A stretch of 64,000 bases of DNA from positions 741,603 through 805,602 of the forward strand of contig CAVSWW010000011.1 of the NCBI GenBank assembly GCA_963731815.1, written 5' to 3'. Below the pieces are notes generated by a model, which was not told the DNA's origin, made no database searches, and was given only the letters and a program-made list of their open reading frames with translations. The translations under genes and the position numbers were made by a program. Of the stretch, positions 10,166 through 20,737 are shown in pieces (position 1 is the first letter of the stretch; each line of letters begins with the position of its first letter). Origin of the DNA: an uncultured Acidimicrobiia bacterium (GTDB lineage Bacteria; Actinomycetota; Acidimicrobiia; IMCC26256; PALSA-555).

Positions 10166-11355
10166 TGTCAGCGGTGACGCCGACCGAGCCGATCGATCTC
10201 CTCGCCGGCGACTTCTACGGCGAGCGGGCCGCGCGCGCGCACCAGTGGATGCGCGAGCACTCGCCCGTCCACCACGACGAGGTGAACGACCTCTGGGGCG
10301 TCGCGACCTACGCCGGCGTCCTCGCCATCGGGCGCGACCCGGCGACGTACTCGAACGCTGGTGGCAGCCAGCCCAACACCGGCCCCCTGCCGTGGATGAT
10401 CGACATGGACCCGCCCGACCACCTCAAGCGGCGCAAGCTCGTCAATCGCGGCTTCACACCGGGACGGGTGCGAGCGACCGAGTCGCACCTCGTCGAGCTG
10501 TGCGACTCGCTCGTCGACGGCGTCTGCGAGATGGGGGAGTGCGACGTGGTGCGCGACCTCGCCGCACCGCTGCCCGTCATCGTGATCGGCGACATGCTCG
10601 GCATGCCGGCCGCCGACCGCGACCAGCTGCTGGTGTGGTCGGACGCCCTGATCGGCGCGCTCGGCGCGACGCCCGAGGCGATCGAGGCCGCCGCCGCGGC
10701 GTACGTCGAGTTCGACGCGTACGCGCGGGCGATGATCGACGACCGTCGCCGCGAACCGACTGACGACCTCGTGAGCGTGTTCACCCACGCCGAGGTGGAC
10801 GGCGACCACCTGAGTGATGACGAGATCATGATGGAGACGTTGCTGCTCCTCGTCGGCGGCGATGAGTCGACGCGCCACGTGATCAGCGGCGGCATCGACG
10901 CGCTGCTGCGCCACCCCGACGAGCGCCGCAAGCTCGTCGACGACCCGGCGAAGCTGCCGTGCGCGGTCGAGGAGATGCTGCGCTGGGTGTCGCCGGTCAA
11001 GCACATGGCGCGCACCGTCACCCGAGACACCGTGCTCGCGGGCCAGGCGCTGCCCGCAGGGGCGAAGCTCCTCCTCCTCTACGAGTCCGCCGACTTCGAC
11101 CCCGCGCAGTTCGATGAGCCCGACCGCTTCGACGTCGAGCGCACGCCGAACGACCACCTCGCGTTCGGCTTCGGCCCCCACTTCTGCCTCGGCGCCAGCC
11201 TCGCGCGGCTCGAGATCCAGACGATGATCACGCGCATGCTCGAGCGGATGCCCGACCTCGAGCTCGCCGACCCGGCCGCCGACCTCCCGCGCCAGCTCGG
11301 CTCCTTCGCCACGCTCCCGGTGCGGTTCACACCCACCGCTCCGGTGCGGGGCTGA
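10165..11355 (+). CDS. Cytochrome P450 (CYP142/CYP125-like by inspection)
   Basis: MIDMDPPDH, LLVGGDEST I-helix, EEMLR, AFGFGPHFCLG. Confidence 0.9.
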   Translation: MSAVTPTEPIDLLAGDFYGERAARAHQWMREHSPVHHDEVNDLWGVATYAGVLAIGRDPATYSNAGGSQPNTGPLPWMIDMDPPDHLKRRKLVNRGFTPGRVRATESHLVELCDSLVDGVCEMGECDVVRDLAAPLPVIVIGDMLGMPAADRDQLLVWSDALIGALGATPEAIEAAAAAYVEFDAYARAMIDDRRREPTDDLVSVFTHAEVDGDHLSDDEIMMETLLLLVGGDESTRHVISGGIDALLRHPDERRKLVDDPAKLPCAVEEMLRWVSPVKHMARTVTRDTVLAGQALPAGAKLLLLYESADFDPAQFDEPDRFDVERTPNDHLAFGFGPHFCLGASLARLEIQTMITRMLERMPDLELADPAADLPRQLGSFATLPVRFTPTAPVRG

Positions 11356-11399
11356 GCGCACCTCCGGGGTAGAACGTCGGCGACGACGGGAGGTCCACC

Positions 11400-12089
11400 G
11401 TGATCGCATCCGTGCACGTCGCCGATGTCGGGAAGGGCGCAGCGCTCGGCTTCGTCCGCAAGGCACCGAGCCCCGAGCAGGTCCCGGGCCTGCGCCAGGC
11501 GAACGTGGCGCTCACCGCGCCGCTCAGCGGCTCCGTCCGTCCGAAGCCCGACCTCGGTCGCGTCGGCCTCGTTGCTTTCTGGGACGACGACGCCGCGCTC
11601 GACGGGTTCCTCGCCAGCAACCCGATGGCCGAGAAGCTGGTGGACGGGTGGCGCGTCCGCCTCGAGCCGCTGCGGATGCACGGCAGCTGGCCGGGCGTCC
11701 CCGACGACATCCCGAAGCAGCGGCGCGTCGACCTCGCCGGACCGGCCGCGGTCCTCACGCTCGCTCGCGTGAAGGCGCACCGTGTCGTCCCCTTCTTCCG
11801 CACGAGCGCCAAGGCCGAGGGCGCGGTGCTCGGTGCGCCCGGGCTCATCTGGGCGACCGGCATGGCGAAGCCGCCGTTCGTCGCGACGTGCTCGCTGTGG
11901 GAGTCGAGCGACGCGCTCCAGGGCTACGCCTATGGCGGCGCGATGCCCGAGCACCCCGGCGCGATCGCGGTCGACCACGCGCACCCGTTCCACCACCAGT
12001 CGGCGTTCATCCGCTTCCGGCCCTACGGCTCCGAGGGCAAGCTCGACGGCCGCAACCCGCTGGGCGAGCGCTGGATGGCCCCGGCCTGA
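11400..12089 (+). CDS. Spheroidene monooxygenase (CrtA)-like protein
   Basis: AVLTLARV..FF, APGL..ATG, TCSLWES..L..YAY, H..AI, SAFIRFRP..SEG; GGAGG RBS. Confidence 0.7.
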   Translation: MIASVHVADVGKGAALGFVRKAPSPEQVPGLRQANVALTAPLSGSVRPKPDLGRVGLVAFWDDDAALDGFLASNPMAEKLVDGWRVRLEPLRMHGSWPGVPDDIPKQRRVDLAGPAAVLTLARVKAHRVVPFFRTSAKAEGAVLGAPGLIWATGMAKPPFVATCSLWESSDALQGYAYGGAMPEHPGAIAVDHAHPFHHQSAFIRFRPYGSEGKLDGRNPLGERWMAPA

Positions 12090-12150
12090 GGGGCAACGCC
12101 GCCGCCGCCGACCTCGGCGCGCCCGCGCGATCTGAGCGAGAGTTGACCTC

Positions 12151-13101
12151 GTGACGTCCACCGAGGTGATCCGCACCGAGCGGCTCACGAAGGTGTACCC
12201 GGGCGGCGTCAAGGCGGTCGACAACCTCGACCTCTCGGTGCAGGCCGGCGAGATCTTCGGCCTGCTCGGACCCAACGGCGCGGGCAAGACGACGACCGGC
12301 GGCATGCTCACGACCCGGGTCATCCCGACGGACGGACGCGCGTTCGTCGGTGGCGTCGACGTCGTCGCGCATCCGGTCGCCGCCAAGCAGGTGATCGGTG
12401 TCGTCCCGCAGACCAACACCCTCGACCGGTCACTGACGGTCTGGGAGAACCTCTACTTCCACGGCCGCTTCTTCGGCATGTCGGCGCGCACGTCGCACGG
12501 CGAGGCCGATCGGCTGCTCGACCAGTTCCGCCTGGCCGACCGGGCGGAGGTGCCGGTGCTCACGCTGTCCGGCGGCATGGCGCAGCGCCTCATGGTGGCG
12601 CGGGCGATCATGCACAAGCCGGCGATCCTCTTCCTCGACGAGCCCACCGCGGGCCTCGACCCGCAGAGCCGCATCGCGCTGTGGGACGTCCTCGGCGAGC
12701 TGCACCGCGACGGCCAGACGATCCTGCTCACCACCCACTACATGGAGGAAGCCGACTTCCTCTGCGACCGCCTCGCGATCATCGACCACGGACGGCTGCT
12801 CGCGCTCGACACGCCGCAGGCGTTGAAGCGCTCGACCGGCGCCGACACCTACGTGACCGTCTCCGCCAACGGCGACCTCCCTGCGCTGCAGACGGTGCTC
12901 GCGCGCGACGTCGCCGGCGTCGAGCGCGCCGAGCTGATCGAGGGCACCGTCCGCCTGCTCGTGCAAGGCACCGAGGGCGTGCTGCCCGCGGTCGTCGCGG
13001 CCGCCGAGCGAGGCGGCTTCACCGTGACCGACCTGTCCGTCACCGAACCGACGCTCGAGACGGTCTTCATCGAGCTGACCGGAAGGGAGCTGCGCGAATG
13101 A
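12151..13101 (+). CDS. ABC-2 (DrrA-like) ATP-binding protein
   Basis: GPNGAGKT, LSGGMAQR, LFLDEPTAGLD, TTHYMEEA. Confidence 0.9.
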   Translation: MTSTEVIRTERLTKVYPGGVKAVDNLDLSVQAGEIFGLLGPNGAGKTTTGGMLTTRVIPTDGRAFVGGVDVVAHPVAAKQVIGVVPQTNTLDRSLTVWENLYFHGRFFGMSARTSHGEADRLLDQFRLADRAEVPVLTLSGGMAQRLMVARAIMHKPAILFLDEPTAGLDPQSRIALWDVLGELHRDGQTILLTTHYMEEADFLCDRLAIIDHGRLLALDTPQALKRSTGADTYVTVSANGDLPALQTVLARDVAGVERAELIEGTVRLLVQGTEGVLPAVVAAAERGGFTVTDLSVTEPTLETVFIELTGRELRE

Positions 13102-13961
13102 CAGCCGCAACCACCGATCCCACGTTCGTGCATGCCGGCGGCGACCTGATCCCGGCGCGCAGCCCGCGCGCCGCGTCGTTCGTCGCGTTCCGGGCGCTCC
13201 TCTCTCGCGACCTGACCGTGACCCGCAAGAACCTCAAGGAGGTCATCCCCCGCACGCTCCTGCAGCCGCTGCTGCTGATGTTCGTGTTCACGTACGTGTT
13301 CCCGAAGATCGGCCAGGGCGTGGGCGGCGTCGCGGGTGACGTGACCGGCTCCTTCTCCACGCTGCTGGTCGCGGGCGTCGTCGCGCTCGCCATCATCTTC
13401 CAGGGCATCCAGTCGGTCGCCCTCCCGATGGTGCAGGAGTTCGGCTACACCCGCGAGATCGAGGACCGCGTGCAGGCGCCGCTGCCGATCTCGCTCGTCG
13501 CGTTCGAGAAGATCGTGGCGGGCGCGGTCATCTCGTTCTTCTCGGCGCTGATCGTGTTCCCGATCGCCGCGATCGTCCCCGCGACGCCCGTCAACCTCGA
13601 CATCGACTGGCCCGTGCTCATCCTGCTGATGCCGCTCGCGTGCCTGATGGCGGGCGCGCTCGGCCTGACGTTCGGCACCCGGTTCGAGCCGCGCACCGTC
13701 CCGATCCTCTTCGGCGTGATCGTGCTGCCGCTCACGTTCCTCGGCGCCATCTACTACTCGTGGGAGGCGCTCGAGCCGATCCGCTGGCTCCAGATCGCGG
13801 TGCTCGTGAACCCGCTCGTCTACATGAGCGAGGGGTTCCGCGCCGCGCTCACGCCGGCCGAGCACATGAGCCTGTGGGCGATCTTCGGCGCGCTCACGTT
13901 CTTCACCGTGCTGTTCACCGCGCTCGGCGTCGGCGGCTTCAAACGCCGCGTGCTGACCTAA
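13098..13961 (+). CDS. ABC-2 type permease
   Basis: ATGA overlap; six TM segments; NPLVYMSEGFR. Confidence 0.88.
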   Translation: MTAATTDPTFVHAGGDLIPARSPRAASFVAFRALLSRDLTVTRKNLKEVIPRTLLQPLLLMFVFTYVFPKIGQGVGGVAGDVTGSFSTLLVAGVVALAIIFQGIQSVALPMVQEFGYTREIEDRVQAPLPISLVAFEKIVAGAVISFFSALIVFPIAAIVPATPVNLDIDWPVLILLMPLACLMAGALGLTFGTRFEPRTVPILFGVIVLPLTFLGAIYYSWEALEPIRWLQIAVLVNPLVYMSEGFRAALTPAEHMSLWAIFGALTFFTVLFTALGVGGFKRRVLT

Positions 13962-13969
13962 GTGCCGGC

Positions 13970-14007
13970 TGCGTAGCTGACCCGCGTGGAGAGGGTTCAG
14001 CTACGCA
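13970..14007. repeat. REP-like palindrome copy 7
   Basis: TGCGTAGCTGACCC..GGGTTCAGCTACGCA between convergent genes. Confidence 0.75.
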
Positions 14008-15257
14008 TGTTGGCGAGCGCTTCGCATTCAGCAAGCCGGCGCTCCAGGTAACGCCGCTCGGTCTCGCTCGTCGTGAGCTCGATCGCGGCGCGGTAGGCCG
14101 CCGCCGCGTCGTCGTGGCGCTCGAGCCGGCGCAGCATGTCGGCGCGCGTCGCCGGCAGCAGGTGGTAGCCGGCGAGGCGACCGGAAGCATCGAGCGCGTC
14201 GACGATCGCGAGCCCCGCCGCGGGCCCGTCCGCCATGCCCACTGCGACCGCCCGGTTCAGCTCGATGATGGCGGACGGGTTCATGCGCGCCAGCTCGCCG
14301 TACAGCACGGCGATCTCCGCCCAGTCGGTCTCGTCGGCGCGAGCCGCCGACGCGTGACACGCCGCGATCGCCGCCTGCACCTGGTACGGGCCGGGCTCGC
14401 CGCGCCGCAACGCGGCGTCCAGCACCGCCAACCCCTCGGCGATCTCGTCGGCGTCCCACGACGACCGGTCCTGGTCGTCGAGCGTGACCAGATCGCCGTC
14501 GGCGATCGACGCGCGCCACTCGCCGCGAGTCGTGCAGCAGCATCAGCGCGAGCAGTCCGAGCGCCTCGGGCTCGTCGGGCATCAGCCGCGCCAGCACCCG
14601 ACCGAGCTGGATCGCCTCGGCGCACAGGTCGGTCCGCACGAGCGACGGCCCCCGCCGACGCCGCGTACCCCTCGTTGAAGAGCAGGTAGATGACGCCGAG
14701 CAGCGCGCCCGTCCGCTCCGGCAGCACGTGGTCGGGCGGTACGCGGAACGGGATCCCGGCGTGACGGATCTTGCGCTTCGCCCGCACGAGCCGCTGCGCC
14801 ATCGTCGGCTCCGGCGTCGAGGAACGCCCGGGCGATCTCCGCGGTCGTCAGGCCGGCGAGCGTGCGCAGCGTCAGCGCCACCTGCGCGTCGAGCGCCAGC
14901 GCCGGGTGACAGCACGTGAACATGAGCCGGAGCCGGTCGTCGTCGGCATCGCCGGCGCCGTCGCAGGCTCGTCGGGGAAGGAAGCAAGCACCGCAGCCTC
15001 ACGCAGCTTCTCGGCGCCGACGGCGGCGCGCCGCACGCGATCCGTGCGCACCGTTGCGCGCGACGGTCGTCAGCCACGCGCCGGGAGTGCGCGGGACGCC
15101 TTCGCGGGGCCAGCGTCTCCACGGCCCGGGCGAAGGCGTCCTGCGCGCACTCCTCGGCAAGGTCCCAGTCGCCGGTGGACCGGATGAGGGTGGCGACGAC
15201 CTGTCCCCACTCCTCCCGGAACGCCGCGGCGACTGCCGCCTCGACGTCGGGGGCTAC
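13997..15257 (-). pseudogene. ECF42-type sigma factor (sigma2/4 + DUF6596/TPR C-terminus); multiple frameshifts, start uncertain
   Basis: [74 protein letters not shown]; adjacent to YciI. Confidence 0.8.
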
Positions 15258-15598
15258 ATCTCCCAGACCGGCCTCACTTCGATCGTGCCCGTGCGCGCCG
15301 TCGGGACCTTCGCGGCGACCTCGAGGGCCTCGTCGAGGTCCTTGCAGTCGACGAGGTAGTAGCCGCCGATCTGCTCCTTGGTCTCGGCGAACGGGCCGTC
15401 CGACGTCAGCACGTCGCCGTTGCGCACCTGCACCGTGGTGGCGTCGGTCGTCGGGCGCAGCCGCGCCCCGTCCTTGAGGACGCCACGCTTGGTCATCTCC
15501 TCGCCGAACGCGGCGTACTCGGGGCTGATCTCGGTCCGCTCGGGATCGGCATTCGGCTGGTTCTTCTCGTCGTCGCAGATCAGCATCAGGTACTTCAT
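15254..15598 (-). CDS. YciI/DGPF family protein
   Basis: MKYLMLI..., DGPFAETKEQIGGYY, IEVRP; GGAGG RBS. Confidence 0.9.
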   Translation of the reverse strand: MKYLMLICDDEKNQPNADPERTEISPEYAAFGEEMTKRGVLKDGARLRPTTDATTVQVRNGDVLTSDGPFAETKEQIGGYYLVDCKDLDEALEVAAKVPTARTGTIEVRPVWEM

Positions 15599-15684
15599 CG
15601 GTCCTCCTTGAGGGTGTCGTTGCTCGCTGGCACCCACCGACGAACGGCGATCGACCAGATCGACAGGTTCGCGAAGAAATCCGC

Positions 15685-16663
15685 TCAGTGCCCGAGGACG
15701 GGGTGGGCCGCGTAGGGCTCCTCGAGCCGGGCGATCTCCTTGTCGTCGAGCGTCGAGCTGCTCGGCGGCGACCGCGTCCTCGAGGTGCGAGAGCTTCGTC
15801 GCCCCGACGATCGGCGCCGTGACGCCCGGCTTGTGCAGCAACCACGCGAGCGCGACCTGGGCCGGCGGCACGCCCCGCTCGCCCGCGACCTCGGCGACGC
15901 GCTCGACGACGTCGAAGTCGGTCGGCTCGGAGTAGAGGAAGTCGGTGAACGCGTCGGTCTCGGCCCGGGTGGTCCGCCGCTCGTCGCCGCGACCGCGGTT
16001 GCCGGCGAGCACGCCCCGCGCCAGCGGGCTCCACGGGATCACGCCGACGCCCATGTCGAGGCACTGCGGGATCATCTCCCGCTCCTCCTCTCGGTAGAGG
16101 AGGTTGTAGTGGTTCTGCATCGACACGAACTGCGCGCCGCCCGCCCGCTCGGCGGCGCGCTGCGCCTTGGCGAACTGCCAGGCGTGCATGCTGCTCGCGC
16201 CGATGTAGCGGGCCTTCCCCGCGCGCACGACCTCGTCGAGCGCGCCCATCGTCTCCTCGATCGGCGTGTTCGAGTCGTACCGGTGGATCTGGTACAGGTC
16301 GACGTAGTCCATGCCCAACCGCTGCAGCGACGCGTCGATCGCCGACAGGATGTGCTTGCGCGACAGCCCGCCGCCGTTGGGTCCGGGCGTCACCGGCATG
16401 AACACCTTGGTGGCGATCACCGCCTCGTCGCGGCTCAGGTACTTCGACACCAGCCGCCCGGTCGCGACCTCGCTCGCGCCGTTCGAATAGGCGTTCGCGG
16501 TGTCGAAGAAGTAGATGCCGGCTTCGACCGCGGCCTGCACGAACGGCTCGGTGGCGTCCTCGTCGAGCACCCACGGCCGGTCGCTGTCGTTGCCGTAGCT
16601 CATCATCCCGAGGCAGATGCGCGAGACGCGCAGCCCCGTCGATCCCAGGTTCACCGATTCCAT
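15685..16663 (-). CDS. Aldo/keto reductase; one frameshift near the 3' end
   Basis: LGSTGLRVSRICLG, FDTANAY, IATK, DLYQIH, YIGAS, QNHYNL, WSPLARG; tail EIARLEEPYAAHPVLGH* in another frame. Confidence 0.88.
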
Positions 16664-16706
16664 GCGCGCGACCGTACCGCCGCGGGAACGGCGCCGTGCC
16701 GGCCGG

Positions 16707-17228
16707 TCAGGACGTCGCGTACGTCGGGATGACGAGCCCTCGAGCGATCGTGTGGCCGCTCAGGTTGAAGCCGACCGATGCCGGCGTCGCGTCCTCATCG
16801 AGGCCGAGCGAGTCGGTGTCGAGTGCGTGCACGGCGAAGATGTAGCGGTGCTCGGGGCCCGGCGGAGGCGCGCACCCGCCGTAGCCCTTCGATCCATAGT
16901 CGTTGCGGGTCTGCACCGCGCCTTCGGGGAGCGGTGCCTTGCCGCTGCCCGCGCCCTTCGGCAGCTCGGTCACGTCGGGTGGGATGTCGATGACCTGCCA
17001 GTGCCAGAAGCCGCTGCCGGTCGGCGCATCGGGGTCGAAGCACGTCACCGCGAAGCTCTTCGTCTCGGCGGGCGCGCCGCTCCACGAGAGGTGCGGCGAG
17101 AGGTTCTCGCCGTCGAGGACGTGCTCGTCCGGGACCTCGTCGCCGTGGCTGATGTCGTCGCTCTTGACCTCGAACGACGGCACCTCGGGCAGGATGTCGT
17201 ACGGGTTCGGGAACTTCTTCGCTGCCAT
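16707..17228 (-). CDS. YbhB/YbcL (PEBP/RKIP) family protein
   Basis: [33 protein letters not shown]. Confidence 0.9.
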   Translation of the reverse strand: MAAKKFPNPYDILPEVPSFEVKSDDISHGDEVPDEHVLDGENLSPHLSWSGAPAETKSFAVTCFDPDAPTGSGFWHWQVIDIPPDVTELPKGAGSGKAPLPEGAVQTRNDYGSKGYGGCAPPPGPEHRYIFAVHALDTDSLGLDEDATPASVGFNLSGHTIARGLVIPTYATS

Positions 17229-17261
17229 CGCTTCCTCCACCGGCTCGTGCCCGGTGGATAC

Positions 17262-18077
17262 CTACCCCACTTCGGGTGCGTCCCTCACCCGCCCCGAGCG
17301 GGGCGGGCGGGGCACGAAGGGGCTCGTCCGGGCGATGTAGTCGTCGTACCCGGCCCGCCGCTTGCTGAGCGACCGTTCGAGCAGGGTGACGCCCGAGACG
17401 CGCCGCAGCAGCACCGTCATCACGACGGCACCGACGATCCCGATCGCGCCGAGGCCGCTCTCGGCCGCCACCAGCGCGATGCCCCACCACACGCACGCGT
17501 CGCCGAAGTAGTTGGGGTGACGGGTGTAGCGCCACAGCCCTCGGTCCATCACCGTGCCCCGGTTCGCGGGGTCGGCCTTGAAGCGCGCGAGCTGCGCGTC
17601 GCCGACGACCTCGAAGAACAGTCCCGCCGCCCACACGACCACGCCGATCGCGGCGAGCACGCCGAGGCCCGGGTCGTCGGGCACCTGCCCGAGCTGGACG
17701 GGCAGCGACACCACCCACATGAGGACGCCCTGCACGGCGAACACCGTGAACAGGCTCACCCACCAGAAGCGCGCGCCGAAGCGCTTCCGCATCTGCTGGT
17801 ACCGGAAGTCCTCTTCGCCCGTGCCGCGCTTGCGCCACGCGAGGTAGCCGGCGAGCCGCAGCCCCCAGACGGTCGTCATCGCGACGAGGAGCCACTGCCG
17901 CGCCGCGTCACCGTCGACGCTCAGCCGCACGACCCACGCGACGAGCACGAACCCGGCGCCCCACACGGGATCGACGATCGACGCGTCGTGCACGGCCACG
18001 CTCACGAGCCAGGTGACGACCATCAGCGCCGCGACGGCTGCCGCTGCGACGAGCAGCGCGGTCGCGGCGTCGCTCAC
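17262..18077 (-). CDS. DUF1295 / steroid 5-alpha-reductase family membrane protein
   Basis: IVDPVWG, WGLRL, EDFRY, GDAQL, GLWRYTRHPNYFG. Confidence 0.88.
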   Translation of the reverse strand: MSDAATALLVAAAAVAALMVVTWLVSVAVHDASIVDPVWGAGFVLVAWVVRLSVDGDAARQWLLVAMTTVWGLRLAGYLAWRKRGTGEEDFRYQQMRKRFGARFWWVSLFTVFAVQGVLMWVVSLPVQLGQVPDDPGLGVLAAIGVVVWAAGLFFEVVGDAQLARFKADPANRGTVMDRGLWRYTRHPNYFGDACVWWGIALVAAESGLGAIGIVGAVVMTVLLRRVSGVTLLERSLSKRRAGYDDYIARTSPFVPRPPRSGRVRDAPEVG

Positions 18078-19060
18078 GTGGTCCGCTCGCCGGCGAGCGC
18101 GGCGTCGACCTCACGGTCGAGCTCGAGCCACTGGTCGTCGAGCCACCGGGTGAACGCCTCACCCGCGGGCACCTCGGATCGCGGCACGCGGCGCACGACG
18201 TAGCGGATCGTGCGGCCCGAGAGCGGCGGCAGGTTGCGCATGATCCCGCCGAACGTGTCCATGCCGTCGAAGCCGGTGTGCCACGCGAGCACCACGTCGG
18301 CCGTCGGCGCGCCTGCGAGCATCGCCTCCGACCCCGCCGGGCGCGGCGGGTTGAGGTGCTCGAGCGCGCCGAGTCGCTCGGCGCGGGCAGGGTCGCGCTC
18401 GGCGATCCGGGCGAGCGCACGGGCCCGCTTCTCCGGGCTCGCCCGGGTGCCCTCCGGGAAGATCACCGCGCAGGTGTCGTCGCCCATGCCCTCGGTGAGC
18501 GCCCGCAGGGCGGCGAGCTCGGCCCCGGAGTCGGTCGCGCCGCGGTCGACGAAGTGGTTGCGCATGCGGTTGCCGGCGATGTCGAGGCACGGGTCGGAGA
18601 GCAGCTCGCGCTTGATGACGAACCGGACGTGGTGGTCGGCGGGTCCGACCACGACCCACGCCGAGACGAGCGAGTCGGCGAGGCAGGCGTGCCGGGCGAG
18701 GATCACCGCCGGCGCGGGGTCGAAGGCCTCGACCCCTTCGACCTTCACGCGCAGGCCCGTGGTGAGGCGGAGCGCGCCGAGCAGGCTCGCCGCCCACCAC
18801 CGCTGCGCGGCGGTCATGCGGTCCATGTCGTGCGCGCCGCCCGACACCCAGACCCAGAAGAGGCGCACGAGCGCGGCGGTCTCGAGCCACGTCCAGCAGA
18901 GCGCGAAGAGGAGGAGCCGCGTGCGGGGGAGTCGGCGGTGATCGGTGATGAGGTCGACGATCAGCGCAATCGGCAACCAGATCGGCAGGAGGACGAGCAG
19001 CAGCACGGCGCCGAGCACGACCGCCGGGATCGAGACGAGCCGCCGGCGGAGCTTCGTCAC
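18074..19060 (-). CDS. PlsC-like lysophospholipid acyltransferase
   Basis: RHACLADS (HxxxxD), IFPEGTR; N-terminal TMs; GTGA coupling on both sides. Confidence 0.82.
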   Translation of the reverse strand: MTKLRRRLVSIPAVVLGAVLLLVLLPIWLPIALIVDLITDHRRLPRTRLLLFALCWTWLETAALVRLFWVWVSGGAHDMDRMTAAQRWWAASLLGALRLTTGLRVKVEGVEAFDPAPAVILARHACLADSLVSAWVVVGPADHHVRFVIKRELLSDPCLDIAGNRMRNHFVDRGATDSGAELAALRALTEGMGDDTCAVIFPEGTRASPEKRARALARIAERDPARAERLGALEHLNPPRPAGSEAMLAGAPTADVVLAWHTGFDGMDTFGGIMRNLPPLSGRTIRYVVRRVPRSEVPAGEAFTRWLDDQWLELDREVDAALAGERTT

Positions 19061-19470
19061 GCGGAAGCGTCGACCAGCTCGAGCCAGGTGCCTTCGGGGT
19101 CCTCGACGATCGCGATGCGGACGCCGGGCGCGAAGTCCATCGCCGGGATCGGCACCGCGCAGCCCGCGGCCTCGACGCGCGCGAGCGCGGCGTCGAGGTC
19201 GTCGACGCACACCGAGAGGTAGCGCAGCCCGCTCGCGTCGCCCAGCATCCCCTGCGGCGGGTTCGAACCTGCAGGCGGCGACGGCATGGACACGAGCTTC
19301 ACGACACCGTCGCCTGCCGCGTATCGGCGCATCGTCACGCCCGACGACTCGAGGTCGTCGACCCGTCGGAGCCCGACGGTCTGCTCGTAGAAGTCGCCCA
19401 TCACGTCGGCGTCCTTCACCACGATCGCGACCTCGAGCGGCGCGTTCCCGACCTTGTGCTTCTCGCTCAT
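19057..19470 (-). CDS. VOC/glyoxalase family protein
   Basis: FYEQTVGL, YLSVCVDDLDA, EDPEGTWLEL. Confidence 0.8.
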   Translation of the reverse strand: MSEKHKVGNAPLEVAIVVKDADVMGDFYEQTVGLRRVDDLESSGVTMRRYAAGDGVVKLVSMPSPPAGSNPPQGMLGDASGLRYLSVCVDDLDAALARVEAAGCAVPIPAMDFAPGVRIAIVEDPEGTWLELVDASA

Positions 19471-19540
19471 GTCCGATCCCCCCAACGTGCGAAGGCGTCA
19501 GTCTGTCTCATGCCGCCTCGTGTGCGACGATGCGGCCTTC

Positions 19541-20737
19541 ATGACCGGCACCGATCCGCTCGACACGTCCGCCGGCATCCCCTACGAGCGACTCGCCACG
19601 CTGCGCGCCGAGTGCCCGGTGTCGCGGACGGCGTCGGGTGCGTGGTACCTCGCCCGCTACGACGACGTGCTGGCCGCGACGAAGGACCTCGAGGCGTTCC
19701 AGGCCAGCTTCCGCGAGCCCGGCGTCGTCGTGCCGCCCGAGGAGCAGCTGATCAGCGAGATCCCCGAGCCCCGTCACGGGAAGATCCGCCGCATCATCAA
19801 CTCGGCGATCGCCCAGCACCGCATCGGCCGGGTCGAGCCCTTCGCCCGCGACCTGTGCCACCGTCTGCTCGACGACCTGCTCGCGCGGCGGCGAAGACGG
19901 TCGATCTCGTCGCCGACTACGTCACGCCCATCCCCGCCACGGTGATCGCGCACCTGCTCGGCGCCGATCCCGCCGACCATCACCGGTTCGCAGAGTGGTC
20001 CGACCTCGTCGTCCAGAGCACCTACGCCACGAAGAACAGAAGAGAGGATGGCGACGACGGTGAGGGCCTCGCCGGCGTGGCCCCCGAGTTCACCGCCTAC
20101 CTCGACGCGATGATCGCCGACCGCAGGTCCGTCGACCGACCCGCCCGACGACTTCGTCACCCGCCTGGCCCACACCGAGGTCGACGGCCAGCGCCTCACC
20201 GACCTCGAGATGCGCACGCAGCTCGCGTTCCTCCTCATGGCCGGCAACGAGACGACCCGCCACCTCATCGGCAACCTGCTCGAGACCGTGTGCGCGGACC
20301 CCCCGCTCCTCGAGCGCCTGCGTGCCGAGCGCGACCTCACGCCGACGGCGGTGGAGGAGTCGCTGCGCCACGACCCGCCGATCCACGTGCTCATGCGCGA
20401 CTGCCCGCACGGCGCGACGGTCGACGGCACCGCGATCCCCGCGGGCACCAAGGCCGCGTTCGGGCTCGCGTCGGCCAACCGCGACGCCGCGATGTACGAC
20501 GATCCCGACGTGTTCCGTCTCGACCGGCCGAGCGCGCGTGACCACCTCGCCTTCGGCGGCGGCCCGCACGTCTGTCCCGGCGCAGCGCTCGCGCGCCTCG
20601 AAGGGCGGATCTCGCTCGAAGTGTTCCTCGACCGGGTCGCGACCGCGACCCTGGCCGACGGCTACCGCCGCGAGCCCGTCCCCGTCTTCTGGGCCAACGG
20701 CCCCCGCACGCTGCCCGTCACCCTGGAGGCCGCATGA
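19541..20737 (+). CDS. Cytochrome P450; two frameshifts (about 19890, 20135)
   Basis: LMAGNETT, EESLR, SANRD, AFGGGPHVCPG. Confidence 0.85.

Noticed and set aside
13997-15598. YciI plus TPR-extended ECF as a novel system
   Set aside because: Matches the described ECF42/DGPF arrangement
15254-16663. Apparent AKR-YciI fusion (469 aa)
   Set aside because: A one-base shift near 15750 bypasses the AKR stop at 15685; YciI has its own RBS and ATG
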